Assembly: GCA_963811715.1 (NCBI GenBank)
Contig: CAWESM010000006.1
Span: 35,237-99,236 of the forward strand
Length of the DNA stretch: 64,000 nt
Source of the DNA: Terriglobia bacterium
GTDB taxonomy: Bacteria; Acidobacteriota; Terriglobia; Acidiferrales; UBA7541
Direction: 5' to 3'
Below are positions 47,668 to 58,045 of this stretch, in pieces. Position numbers and translations under genes: made by a program. The first letter of the stretch is position 1. Each line of letters opens with the position of its first letter. The notes beneath the pieces are model-generated. The model had not been told where the DNA came from, did not search any database, and worked only from the letters and a program-made list of their open reading frames with translations.

Positions 47668-47798
47668 CAAATTGAGGGTCTCCGTGCCCTCAAGGGGCTT
47701 TGTTCTCGCCGCACGGTTCAACGTTGCGCAGTTCCTGAGTGGGCGGCTTATCGGAATTTGAGATTTGCCAGATTCCCAGTTGACGATAAGACTGTTTC

Positions 47799-48047
47799 TC
47801 AGGCCATGGCGATCATGCGCCCTCCATTGGTAGCATGTTTTACAACAGCACGGTCCTGGCTTAGACTAGGTCGGGGTTGTTGTGAACGCGACAAAATATG
47901 CACATCGCCGCGCTTCACCTCAACTCGTTTTCCTTCGGCATCCTTAAGAGTCACCGCACCGGGCTTCAACCTGGTATCAAGCCAAACAGGCTGAACGAAG
48001 GGATATTTCTTGCCATCGCGAATACGCGTAATCACCGTTACTTTCAT
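47799..48047 (-). pseudogene. possible N-terminal remnant of a tyrosine integrase
   Basis: MKVTVITRIRDGKKYPFVQPVWLDTRLKPGAVTLKDAEGKRVEVKRGDV resembles the N-terminal arm-type region of some integrases (R.DG..YP......GRIKP...). The reading frame collapses afterwards. Call rests on pattern memory only. Confidence 0.35.
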
Positions 48048-48389
48048 TGCCTCACTCCTCGTTCTCTAATACTCGGTCTTCAGGAGATGAGGTCGTTTTG
48101 CCAGTAACGGATTTAGTAACGGGTTTCTAAGTGACTGATTTCAGAGGAATGGCGGTGAGGGATTCCAAGCTGCCTGCGTAACCCCCCAAAATGTAATATA
48201 GGACAACGCTGGTTACTAGTGGCCCCTTCCGACTTTGGATACGCAATGACCGCTACACAAATTCTCCTCAACCTAAGTACGCTAAATCCTTGACGGAAGC
48301 CATGAATTAGGTTAAACGTCGCCTTGATATTCTGCGTGTGCGTTGTCTTATTCCGAGAGATCGCCACGCTCCGTCAGGGGTATACATAA

Positions 48390-49741
48390 ATGAAAAACGC
48401 ACGTGAGCTCCGAAACGCGCAAGAATCGATCGCAAATCCATCCTCGTCTTCGCCAGAGGTCCGCAAAAACCAGCCCTCCCGGCGAGACCTGCTGCGCGGT
48501 GCCGCTGTCGCCGGCGCGGCGACGATTGCAGGAGCAATCCGGCTCACAGATCTTGCCATCGCGCAGAACCCTTCATCGCCAGCGCCATCTTCATCGTCTT
48601 CGACTTCCGCTTCTTATCTTTATCAGACGATCAAGGTCAACCCATTCAAGGATCCAGCATACGCCGAAGGCGCACGCCAGCGCCTGCAGGGGTTTGTCGG
48701 CGGTGCCGACAGCGCCGAGGCCGAGGCAGGACGCGCAATCTTCGCCAAAATGACGAGTTTCGATCCCGAGCCCTGGGTCGCCGAGTGGACTAAGCTTGCT
48801 GTGCCGTACGAACAAAAGGGCGCCGAGCTTGAGTCGCAGGGAAAGATGGTCGACGCGAATAAAGCCTATGAGAGAGCCTCGCGTCTATACGGAGTCGCGC
48901 GATTCCCGGTGATAAATAATCCGGCCAAAGTCGCCGCTTATCGCAAGTCCGTCGAGAATTGGCGCAAAGCCATCCGCACGTTTGATCCGCCCATGGAAAT
49001 CGTCGAGATCCATTTGAAGGAAAAACAATCTACGGCCATCTGCGCAAGCCCAAGGGAGTAGACAAGCCTGCCGTGATCATCCGCACCGGCGGCGTGGACG
49101 GCTACAAGGAAGGACGTAACCTGGCCGAAAATCTAAATATCGGCTGTGCGGGCTTTGAAGTCGACATGCCCGGAGCAGGCGAATGCCCCGTCTTCAATAA
49201 GCCCGATTCCGAAAAGCTCTACGTGGCGGTCATCGATTATTTGACCAAGCGTCCGGATCTCGACGGTCGCCGCATCGGTTTCGTCGGCGGCAGCTACGGT
49301 GGCTACTGGGGCGCCAAGATGGCCTACGTCGAGCCAAAGCGCCTGAAGGCCTGCATCCAAGCCGGCGGCCCGATTCACTACACATGGCAAGAAAAGTGGC
49401 TGCAGTATCTGTGCACCGACGAGAAGGAATATTTCTGGCCTTTCCCGGATTCCATGATCTATGCGAATAACCTCAAGAGTTTCGACGAACTCATTCGCAC
49501 CGCTCCGGCCATGTCGCTACAGGAGCAGGGCTGGTTAAGCAAACCGAATGCGCCGATGCTTATCGTCAACGGCGCCAAAGATCCCTGGATCTCGCCCGAG
49601 GAGATCCCCTTGCTGTACTCGACCGGTCAGCCAAAATTGGTCCGCGTAATGGCGGACGGAAAGCACATGGGCCGCGAAAGCAAGGAGAGAGGGCCGGTTG
49701 GGCAAATGGAGAGCGAGTGGCTTAAGCAGCAGCTCACCTGA
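48390..49741 (+). pseudogene. Tat-exported alpha/beta hydrolase (FrsA/DUF1100-like esterase), one apparent frameshift near ~49005
   Basis: Twin-arginine signal SRRDLLRGAAVAGAATIAGA. ORFs 48390..49061 and 49073..49741 join as MEIVEI|PFEGKTIYGHLRKPKGVDKPAVIIRTGGVDGYKEG. Nucleophile elbow GGSYGG. Confidence 0.7.
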
Positions 49742-50057
49742 GTCTCATTTGTCTTGTAGGGCACAGCCGCCCTCGGCTGGCCTGGATGCCCGCCGTAACC
49801 TTAGCGTAGGCGGGTCATTCCGAACGCGGTCCCGCATTCATCAGCCGGAACGCTGGTGAGGGATCTAGTTTTCGCTCTGGGTCCTGCACTTTCCAGTGAA
49901 TATCGCACTCTTCGAAAATGACTCAACCTATAACGAGCCAGCGGTCGGGCCTTGTCTATGCACCCCAAGGCAAAAGCGTCTCAGATACAACCTTATTCCC
50001 GAAATGAGACCACATCTAGGCGACTAAGCGTCGCCACTGCCTGAGAAGTCCTGCCGG

Positions 50058-50250
50058 CTCAACCGGTCGATGCAACACCATCTAAGCAGTTGATCCGACA
50101 ATACTTCCTCTAGGGAGCGGAACTATAAGGCTGTACTCAATCGGAACCTAAACAGGGCAGTGTTCCGTTCCCATCAACGCCCTTGATCGAATTTAGCTTC
50201 GTAGACTGCTGCACGTGGACTTTGAGCGGGTGTTGCATCGACCCATTGAG
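50058..50250. repeat. about 190-bp segment bounded by 22-24-bp inverted repeats (MITE-like)
   Basis: CTCAACCGGTCGATGCAACACC (50058-50079) against the reverse complement of GGTGTTGCATCGACCCATTGAG (50229-50250). The core 15 nt GGTCGATGCAACACC is perfect. Confidence 0.4.
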
Positions 50251-50340
50251 ACCGCCCCGCTTATCGGAATGTGGCCCGCTGCCAATCAGCCCGATCGATT
50301 GGCTGAGCAGCCTAATTCGCGTTAAACTCTCCCGAGGCAC

Positions 50341-50417
<77 letters not shown>

Positions 50418-50440
50418 TTCAAGATTCTATTTGTGTTTGG

Positions 50441-50782
50441 CTAGTTGATCCACGGGTCCGAGATTGATGGCGTGATTGTGCCCGGATTCTTGGAGAGGAT
50501 AAACGCTTCCAGTTTTAAAATCACTGCACGGCGAATTTCCTGGCTCGCCTTCGAGTACGTTTGCGCTAACCCACCTGAGTATCCCATCAACTGATCTACA
50601 AAAACTTGTGGGATCCCGATTTCGTTTAGCCTGGTGGCAAAAGTGCTCCGTAAGTCATAAATCCGTCTAGGTTCCAACTTCGCATCTTTGAGTGCACGCG
50701 CCCAAGTTTTGGGGACTTGCTGGAGATGCTTCGACTGGTCTAAAGGATATAGCAGGTAGTGGTGCAGGGGCCAGGGCCTGCA
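50441..50782 (-). pseudogene. C-terminal remnant of a tyrosine recombinase/integrase, abutting the tRNA-Arg 3' end
   Basis: ...QSKHLQQVPKTWARALKDAKLEPRRIYDLRSTFATRLNEIGIPQVFVDQLMGYS...QTYSK corresponds to the (H)DLR(H)TFA...GHS...Y box, with the His positions substituted. The N-terminal two thirds are absent and stops lie upstream of 50782. Confidence 0.7.
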
Positions 50783-50810
50783 TCACTCGCGGCGTTATCA
50801 TGCTCCTAGT

Positions 50811-50922
50811 AGGAAACCGCGGCTCTATCCAACTGAGCTACAGCCCAGTTCCTCGGGGGAGTTTAACGCGAATTTGGCGGGTCAACCAATCAATGACGCT
50901 GTCAGGTACTGGGCCACATTCC
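50811..50922 (-). repeat. second decayed, inverted copy of the tRNA-Arg 5' half plus upstream flank
   Basis: Reverse complement reads GGAATGTGGCCCAGTACCTGACAGCGTCATTGATTGG...GTTAAACTCCCCCGAGGAAC|TGGGCTGTAGCTCAGTTGGATAGAGCCGCGGTTTCCT. Homology ends inside the anticodon loop. Confidence 0.75.
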
Positions 50923-51153
50923 GAAAAGCAATTGACTGGGTGGGACCCAGGCGGGGCCACTTTCTAAGGAGATGACTTACCAGAAGTCAGCCCCAATCGT
51001 GATAAAACATCACCCATCCATGCGTAAGCGGCGTCAGCATTGTGCACGGAGGCAATCCGGTTTAGATTACCGTCGGCGGGCGAATTTTGGACCTGGTGCA
51101 TTCCGATGGCCGAGTGTTCTCACGAACAAATGGACGACGGAAGGAGCTTCAAA

Positions 51154-52158
51154 ATGCGAAATCACGTCATGACCTTCATGGTGGTCCTGGTGGGGGTTTC
51201 TGTAACAACATGTCGGTCGGTCCTCGCGCAGGGGCTGGCGACGGTCGCGCCGATGCATGTTCACCACGTTCATCTGAATTCGGTGAACCCAAAGGCTGCG
51301 GCCGACTACTACCTGAAGCCGTTTCCAGCGTCGACCACCAGGACGAGCTTCAACGGCTATGAGGCGGTCAAAACAGGCAACGTCTATTTGCTTTTCACGA
51401 AAGTCAATACACCACCTCAGACGGAGCTGACCGGGCCTCAAACTTCGGTGTGGCATTTCGGCTGGAACACGCCGGACTCGCGCAAGTACAACGAAGAGTT
51501 CCACGCCAAGGGCCTGAAAATCGCTCAGATGTGGGACGCCGCCGACGGCAAGCTCGTCGACATGTCCAGCGATACGCTGCCGGGGCTGCCAACACAGGAG
51601 CAGATCCTCGAAATGCGAGCCAAGGGTGTGCAGCCGACCCGGCAGGGGGGCTTCGGCTATCTCCGGGGTCCGGACGGAGCAATGATTGAGAACGCTCAAA
51701 GCGGCCAGGTAGAACGTTTCAACCACATACACATGTATCATGAGCACCCGCTGTGTGCGATCCGGTGGTATGTAACCCAGCTCGGTGCGACCGACCCGCG
51801 AGGTAGCGGCGGCGCGCCCGTTGCAACGACTACTGGGGATTGCAAACAGTTGTACGCTCCGCCGACATGGCCGTCGTTCGCCAAGTTTCCTGGTTTTGTT
51901 CGCGAGCCGTCCGGGAGCGTCATGTTTGACGACATCAGCATTTTGATCCGGCCGTGGCCTGGCGGCGGTCTCGTCAGCCCGCGGGGACATGTCGTTGATC
52001 ATTGGGCCCTCAGCGTCGCGGACCTGACACCGACTGTGGCGCGGTTGAAAAGCGAAGGGACTAAGTTCCTCGAAGAGATCCACCCGTGGGGCAACACGCG
52101 GGCGGCCATGATTGAGGGGCCCGATCGAGTCGCGATTGAGATCGTCGAGGTGAAATGA
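51154..52158 (+). CDS. exported VOC-fold (glyoxalase/dioxygenase superfamily) protein
   Basis: GGAAGGAG RBS. Signal peptide MRNHVMTFMVVLVGVSVTTCRSVLA. VOC-type starts VHHVHLN, FNHIHMY and VDHWALSV. Confidence 0.7.
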   Translation: MRNHVMTFMVVLVGVSVTTCRSVLAQGLATVAPMHVHHVHLNSVNPKAAADYYLKPFPASTTRTSFNGYEAVKTGNVYLLFTKVNTPPQTELTGPQTSVWHFGWNTPDSRKYNEEFHAKGLKIAQMWDAADGKLVDMSSDTLPGLPTQEQILEMRAKGVQPTRQGGFGYLRGPDGAMIENAQSGQVERFNHIHMYHEHPLCAIRWYVTQLGATDPRGSGGAPVATTTGDCKQLYAPPTWPSFAKFPGFVREPSGSVMFDDISILIRPWPGGGLVSPRGHVVDHWALSVADLTPTVARLKSEGTKFLEEIHPWGNTRAAMIEGPDRVAIEIVEVK

Positions 52159-52244
52159 GTCGGTGTGAAAATCAATTTGATTTAAGTAGAGGACTTGAAC
52201 CTGCTTAACGGTCACAAACAACTGAGAATCCTGAGGAGGCAGTC

Positions 52245-52880
52245 ATGCGGGAAAAGATCCTGCAAGCCCTGGCTATGGTACTTGCGGCGTGTCCTGTAGT
52301 CGCGATGGCTCAAGCGCCAAAGGATGGCGTGTACATCAGCGACGAAGACGTCAAGGCCGTGTTGAAGCACGCGGTCGACACAAAGCGGACGATTCCAGAT
52401 AATACGATCAGGGTTATCGATATGGATAAGTACCAGCTCGGAGTCGCCGTTATTCACCGCGGAGCGATGGGGGGTGGCGGTGGTGCTAATGCCGGTACGG
52501 TGGCGGCGAACCCCTCGCCGGCGTGCGGGGAACAGCGCCCCGGCGCGGCAGGTCCCACCGGCATCTTCCACGACGATACGGCCGAGAGTTACGTCGTCAT
52601 ATCGGGTAGCGCGACCTTGATCACTGGGGGCACCATCGTCAACGGGAGGCGTTCTGCACCAGACGCCGAAGTGACGACAATCCTGAACGGCCCGTCCTGT
52701 AGCGGGACAATGGTGGGATACACGAGCCGTGAAATAAAGACGGGCGACATTATCATCATCCCGGAGCACGTGCCGCATGGATTTTCGGCCGTCCCCGATC
52801 ACGTCACGTACCTGAGCATACGACCGGATCTGAAAAAGGTCCTCCAACACGGGTACGTGAATCCAGCGCTCAAGAAGTAA
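52245..52880 (+). CDS. exported cupin-like protein
   Basis: Signal peptide MREKILQALAMVLAACPVVAMA. C-terminal beta-barrel motif GDIIIIPEHVPHGF. Confidence 0.6.
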   Translation: MREKILQALAMVLAACPVVAMAQAPKDGVYISDEDVKAVLKHAVDTKRTIPDNTIRVIDMDKYQLGVAVIHRGAMGGGGGANAGTVAANPSPACGEQRPGAAGPTGIFHDDTAESYVVISGSATLITGGTIVNGRRSAPDAEVTTILNGPSCSGTMVGYTSREIKTGDIIIIPEHVPHGFSAVPDHVTYLSIRPDLKKVLQHGYVNPALKK

Positions 52881-53191
52881 GGCCAGGCTGGCGCAATGCA
52901 GAACACTCCGCACGCGTGAGTGGCATTAAAATTGTGCTGAACTGGTTTGAAGAGTTGAAGCGTCGCGGGCGTTCCGGGAAGATGTGAATCCGCCATTCTC
53001 GGCCAAACCATCTCGCACCAGTACGCGAAGTCCTGAGAATCGGTAACTAGCTTTTCGTCACCATGCCGCATGCCGATAGGAGAAATGATCAGGAATTGGC
53101 TCGCGTCGATGCGTCTCCTGAGTTCGATATGCTGAGTGCAAATATGAAGCAGATCTTCGAACAGCTCCTGCGGATTTACTAACTATGTCAC

Positions 53192-53524
53192 TCATTTCGC
53201 CATGGCAATCGAGTCCACCTGGATCGTCTTTGTCTTGGTGTCCAGCGTGCCCATGACCCTTACTTTATGCCCCACGAATTTTGCCGGCGTCCGCTGGTCA
53301 CTCAAAGTGTAGAACTGATTGCCATCATACAGACCGTATGTGGCGCCATGGGCATCGATGCAGGCCATGGCGCACTCGGCGTCCGTCGGTCCCATTTGCA
53401 TTTGGGAGTGATCTCCTTTGGGGCAATTGTCGTCGGTGATAACGCCGGTGAACGTTTGCTTGGCCGGAGCCGCGGCCAGCGCCGCAACTATGAGAAGATT
53501 GAAGATCAGATGCCTCATAACCAT
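53192..53524 (-). CDS. small exported Cys-containing protein (possibly DUF5818-type)
   Basis: Signal peptide, then TFTGVITDDNCPKGDH...AECAMACIDAHGATYGLYDGNQFYTLSD...GHKVRVMGTLD. DUF assignment from memory, unverified. Confidence 0.5.
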   Translation of the reverse strand: MVMRHLIFNLLIVAALAAAPAKQTFTGVITDDNCPKGDHSQMQMGPTDAECAMACIDAHGATYGLYDGNQFYTLSDQRTPAKFVGHKVRVMGTLDTKTKTIQVDSIAMAK

Positions 53525-53684
53525 TCGCTATTCCCAATCTCCACCGCGCCTGCATGAAATCGATCTTCCAAGTGCACCCCGAGGGGCGACCGTGCTGAAA
53601 CTCACGCGGCTTCTGCCGGCACTCTCCGGATTGCGCGCGGGACCACGCCGAAGGATGTCGGCCATTTGATTCGATGGACGCCCG

Positions 53685-54233
53685 CTACTCGCCGGGAGTC
53701 ATGAGATGGGCGGTCGACGTACCCGCATTCATGATCCACACGGTGCCCTGTTTGTTGTTGTCGGGTAGTCCGATGGACTGCGTCGTGGCGCCGGGCACGG
53801 CAATGGTCATGTGCGTGCGAGCGTGCTCCCGGTCGGCGCCCTGCATGTGGTACCACACCGATCCGTACTCGGGCTTCACACGGGTTCCGTCTTTTTCGGC
53901 GGCATCGAGTATCGCCTGAGTCTTGATTTTGTCGCCAGCCGCTTCGGCCTTCAGATTTTGAGCGACCCGGTCCAGGTTGGCGATGCTAGTGCATTCAACC
54001 GAGAACGGCTGCTGTTCCGGAAAGCCCGAGCGGTCGTAACACGCCAGACGGCTGTTGCCTTTCTTCAACGTGTCATACGTGTAGTCTGGTTTCCACTTAA
54101 TGACCGTGGCACCCTCGCGCAGATTGGCCGGGGCGGCAAGCAATGCCGTATCGACGGCAGCGTCCGGCGCCTGCGCAAACGCGGCGGTCGAACCCAGTAT
54201 CACGCCGAGAACAAACATGACTATCCGTTTCAT
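53685..54233 (-). CDS. exported hypothetical protein
   Basis: Signal peptide MKRIVMFVLGVILGSTAAFA. 182 aa. No family recognised. Confidence 0.55.
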   Translation of the reverse strand: MKRIVMFVLGVILGSTAAFAQAPDAAVDTALLAAPANLREGATVIKWKPDYTYDTLKKGNSRLACYDRSGFPEQQPFSVECTSIANLDRVAQNLKAEAAGDKIKTQAILDAAEKDGTRVKPEYGSVWYHMQGADREHARTHMTIAVPGATTQSIGLPDNNKQGTVWIMNAGTSTAHLMTPGE

Positions 54234-54607
54234 TTGAAACCTCCCATGGACACGCTCTCAATTTTCACGCCTTGAGAGCCGCAGTATAGCACCTCAATCT
54301 ACTCGTTTCCGATAGCGCGTAAACGCTACGCCAAGTCCTTCCATGAGAAGGCCGATCCGAATCAAGCAGGTTTTGTGGTTTCCGTCGAGTGGTCTTACTG
54401 GGAGCCCTTCCGCCTCTGCCGCCATCCTTCCATCCGCACTGTTTTGTGAGCGATTTTTCGCTCGGTGCAAGTTGGGTGTCCTCCGTTCAGCAGGTGCTGC
54501 TCCCTGATAATCGACCTCGGCTCCCCTCTCTTCGAAGGGAGTTGGGCCAGGACTTGGTCGCAGTCACCGGAACTCGGCGGTGGAGCTCGGCTCTTTCGAT
54601 CCAACCT

Positions 54608-54916
54608 CTACGCCACGGCGCTCACCACTTTGTGGTTGTTCCGCAGTGGCTCGTAAACTTCTCCGCTTACCCACAACTTGTGCAGCAGCACGGCCAACTT
54701 CCGTGCCACGGCAACGACCGCTCGTTTCTTGGCATTCTTTCCTCCCCGCTCCGCTAGCTTCAGCCCCCAGCGCCGGAGATCCCTGTCCTGTCCAAAGGGC
54801 CCCAAAATATAGTGCGCCCCTTGCACCAGCAGTGTCCTTACATAGCGGTCCCCTTCCTTGCTGATGTGGAGTTGGGGTTCATTGATCATCTTCAATGTCC
54901 TGCTTTTTCCTGTCAT
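54608..54916 (-). pseudogene. C-terminal remnant of an IS110-family transposase
   Basis: ...ISKEGDRYVRTLLVQGAHYILG...GGKNAKKRAVVAVARKLAVLLHKLWVSGEVYEP is the conserved IS110 (transposase_20) C-terminal region. The catalytic N-terminal domain is missing. Confidence 0.7.
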
Positions 54917-55472
54917 TGATTTCCCGCTCCATCAGCTCCGTCTGGCGACGAGCCAGTGCTGTCTGACGGCGAACATAGATCAAACTCCAGACGCCGCAAA
55001 TACCACCGATCACACCGAACAACCCGAAGATTACCGTTAGAGTAGCCATACGTACATTCTATCAAGCCTTGCGCGAGGGCAAATCTCTACAATCGCTCTG
55101 GGGTGGTCCCTTTTTCGCGTGCATATACAGCTAACCCCTCGAATCGCTGACCGCTTTACTGGCGCTCTTCCACTCGACACGCTGAAAGTCGGGTTGTATC
55201 ACTTTTCCCCGCTCGGTAACCTTACCCGGGATAGCGTTGACCCCGTCGACGAGCGCCCTTACACTCCGTACTGATGGGTTTCCAACCGTCACAATGGTAT
55301 GGTCAACTCACCATCCACCGTGAGTGACAGGACTTCACCAAAAAACAAGTGGAATCGCATCGGGGCGCGGGATGAAAGTACTACGAATCTACTACAGTGC
55401 TACATTCGGGGGCACTCTGATGCCGAATGCAATTTCGGTAATCAGATGATAGATTAGGGGTTTAGCTTCGTT

Positions 55473-55549
55473 GGGCCTGTAGCTCAGCTGGTTAGAGCAG
55501 CGGACTCATAATCCGTCGGTCCCAGGTTCAAATCCTGGCGGGCCCACCA
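55473..55549 (+). tRNA. tRNA with anticodon CAT, elongator type (Met, or Ile2 if lysidine-modified), CCA encoded
   Basis: Manual cloverleaf: acceptor GGGCCTG/CGGGCCC (no 1:72 mismatch, so not an initiator), anticodon stem GCGGA/TCCGT with loop CTCATAA, T arm CCAGG-TTCAAAT-CCTGG. The anticodon arm resembles ileX-type tRNAs. Confidence 0.9.
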
Positions 55550-55721
55550 ACTATTCAAAACAGTTGGTATCACTCCTGCTTCACCAGGACTTCACTTCTT
55601 GTCGAGAATTTTGTCGGGACTTCAAACACACTTTAACGAATTGTCCAGACTGGTCGAGTGAGTGGCTGATTCGCACGGAGTTCAGAATGGGCGCTCCCGC
55701 GCGTTCGATGCTTCGCCCGCG

Positions 55722-56522
55722 CTATTTCTCGGGCTTGTAGTCGCGGCCAGGAAGTTTGTCGGCGTGGTTGATCCGTTCGTCGTATTCCTTGATCGCCGCT
55801 AGCGTACACGGGTGGGCGTCCAGTACCCAGTTGCTCATCAACTTGTAAAAATACGTGATCGTCCACGGCTTTGAATACATCTTCGGATCGTCGAACGTAA
55901 AAACGATCTTCAATGTGTCACGGTCCACCCGCTGCCAGCGCTCCGTCTGGTGCATGGACTCGGTGAGTGGAAAACCTTGCCAGGTGAGAAACTGCTTGCC
56001 GTTATAACCGCGCGAATCGACGACGAATGTGTCTCCCTCCCATTTGCCAATCGAGTAGCCCATGTAATCGGGTTCCAGATCGTCGGGAAAATTTCGTCCG
56101 TCCGTCCAAATTTCGCGCCAATTGTCATAATACTCGAAGTGCTGCAGAAGCCTGTCGCGGGCCTGAATATTTTCAAAAGGCCTGGGCGTAAAGAAATTGC
56201 GCGCTGTGCCGTACGGATCACAATCCAGGACAGCTCCGGCGTCAATGAACTTCTTGTTGCTCTCGTACTTCGCCTGCCCCGCGGGCGCGAAAGGAGGCAG
56301 GGGATTCGGGTGGCCGCCCAAGTCGAGCGGATTGACTTCGCCCTTGGGTTGCAGGCGCGGTGCGGGATTCCAAACGCCGGCAAAGTCATGTGCGTCGAAG
56401 GGTTTCGACGGAGCATCGGCCTTCGCCATTCCAGGTTGCTGCGCGGCCTGAGCAAACGGTACTGCCGGGAAAAGAAACACTGTCGCTAACGCGGCGATCG
56501 AACCCATGACGCAATTTCGCAT
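55722..56522 (-). CDS. exported uncharacterised protein, type A, copy 1 (paralogue of 57252..57968)
   Basis: Signal peptide. Block shared with its paralogue: PFE...EY...R.I.TDGR..P.DL.P.YMG.SIGKWEG.T.VVD..G.N.K......P...........ER..RV.R..L......DDP..Y.KPWT. Confidence 0.65.
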   Translation of the reverse strand: MRNCVMGSIAALATVFLFPAVPFAQAAQQPGMAKADAPSKPFDAHDFAGVWNPAPRLQPKGEVNPLDLGGHPNPLPPFAPAGQAKYESNKKFIDAGAVLDCDPYGTARNFFTPRPFENIQARDRLLQHFEYYDNWREIWTDGRNFPDDLEPDYMGYSIGKWEGDTFVVDSRGYNGKQFLTWQGFPLTESMHQTERWQRVDRDTLKIVFTFDDPKMYSKPWTITYFYKLMSNWVLDAHPCTLAAIKEYDERINHADKLPGRDYKPEK

Positions 56523-56630
56523 GTCCAAACTCCCTTCGCGGCTCAAGTTTCAGCCTTCGGTCCAGCTGCGATATTTCGCATCGCAAAATCAGAGAGCAAG
56601 GCTCGCTTCGTCAAAGCGATTCCGCGAGAT

Positions 56631-57044
56631 TCATGGTTGCGGCGTTAGGTCGCCGCCGCCGAAGGATCCTCCGGTCAATTCTTCGCCGTTGGGCAAAACA
56701 ACCTTGCGGATCATTCCTATTGGCGTGCCTTTTTTGCTTGGCGCCAGGGTGATCGTGATTTGATCGCCGGGATGCAATGTTTTAGGGCTCCAGCCGGCTC
56801 TCTTTAGGACCGCGGGAGCGAGGGTTTCTATCCCCCAATTGACAACCTTGCCCGAATCCTCCTTCTTTACGTCGAGAAATACCTGGCAATGAGGATTTTC
56901 CCAGAGAAATTCGGTCACGGTTCCCTTCAAGGTTATCAGGTTTTGTGTGTCATAGTCCGAACCGCCATGGTGTGCAAACACCGGCGCGCAAATCATCAGA
57001 AGGACACATGCCAAGCCAAATGATGTCATCCGCTTGCGTTTCAT
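56631..57044 (-). CDS. small exported protein, type B, copy 1 (DUF6152-like; predicted mature N-terminus His-His)
   Basis: GAGAGG RBS. MKRKRMTSFGLACVLLMICAPVFA|HHGGSDYD...LKGTVTEFLWENPHCQVFLDV...VVNWGIE. Paralogue of 58046..58429. Confidence 0.65.
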   Translation of the reverse strand: MKRKRMTSFGLACVLLMICAPVFAHHGGSDYDTQNLITLKGTVTEFLWENPHCQVFLDVKKEDSGKVVNWGIETLAPAVLKRAGWSPKTLHPGDQITITLAPSKKGTPIGMIRKVVLPNGEELTGGSFGGGDLTPQP

Positions 57045-57251
57045 GCGATACCTCTCAAATTGAATTTGTCGCTGAATTCGCCGGCCACCTAAGTTCCTAT
57101 AGAGCTGGGCCGTGCTCGTGAAACATCCGGCGTCCGTGGAGGAGTTCCTCCTTGCACCTGAGTATAACACGCGGACGGAAAGGCCAAGAACCGCGTCGTC
57201 GACGCGATCCATCACTAATATTTAGCTATTCTCGACACATCCACATTTTTT

Positions 57252-57968
57252 CTACTTAGTAATCTCTGGCGGGAAGAGGTACGTGTTATTTTCCTCGCAA
57301 ATCTGTTCCGAAATTTCCCAGTCGGTTTTGAGATCGAAAATCCTCTGCGCCGTCCAGGGTTTTACATACGTCTTCGGATCGTCGATGGTGACGTCAACCT
57401 GCAACATTTCACGACTCACTCGCTGGATTCGTTCCACGACATGGAGGGCATCGGAGTGGGGATGTCGCGAACCGTCGATCCAGGTCTTGTCGTTGAATCC
57501 TGTTGTGTCCACGACGAGCGTATTTCCTTCCCACTTGCCGATCGAATTTCCCATGTAGGTGGGAGTCAGATCCTTGGGGTGTTCCCGTCCATCGGTGTAA
57601 ATCTGCCGGATCAGGTGCTGAAATTCATAGAGAATCAGCACGCGCCCTGGCAACGAAATAATTTCAAATGGATATGGCTCGGTCCACACTCGCGGCACTC
57701 CCGGTGGAATGCAGAGCACAACGAGTGTCTCTTTTTGCGGACCGGCTTTAACCCGTTCTTCGCCCCAAGGGAGGAAAGGAGCAGCTCCCTCGAACGCGAA
57801 ATTGGCCCGCACCTTGCCTTGCGTGAACCATACTCCCGAAAGATCACGTGTCTGGCTTGAACCCTGAGCCTTCGATTCCTGGGGCGCCCTCGCCGCACTC
57901 GCGAGAAAAGCAAGTGGAAGACCCAACGTGAAGGCGATGGTGACAACCCAAAAAGCGCGGTGTCTCAT
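57252..57968 (-). CDS. exported uncharacterised protein, type A, copy 2
   Basis: Signal peptide MRHRAFWVVTIAFTLGLPLAFLASAARA. Same conserved block as 55722..56522. Confidence 0.65.
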   Translation of the reverse strand: MRHRAFWVVTIAFTLGLPLAFLASAARAPQESKAQGSSQTRDLSGVWFTQGKVRANFAFEGAAPFLPWGEERVKAGPQKETLVVLCIPPGVPRVWTEPYPFEIISLPGRVLILYEFQHLIRQIYTDGREHPKDLTPTYMGNSIGKWEGNTLVVDTTGFNDKTWIDGSRHPHSDALHVVERIQRVSREMLQVDVTIDDPKTYVKPWTAQRIFDLKTDWEISEQICEENNTYLFPPEITK

Positions 57969-58045
57969 CCAGATGACCTCAGTTCCTTGCGATTCGATAG
58001 CTGGCTCCTCACTAAGTGCCTTTATTTACGAACACATAATATAAT

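Noticed and set aside
51067-52221. 384-aa minus-strand ORF
   Set aside because: It lies antisense to the exported VOC gene (51154..52158), which has an RBS, a signal peptide and VOC motifs.
55328-55595. 11-nt direct repeat CAGGACTTCAC on both sides of the tRNA(CAT) (55328-55338 and 55585-55595)
   Set aside because: It could be an att-site footprint, but it is short, does not overlap the tRNA, and no mobile genes lie between the copies. Evidence is insufficient.
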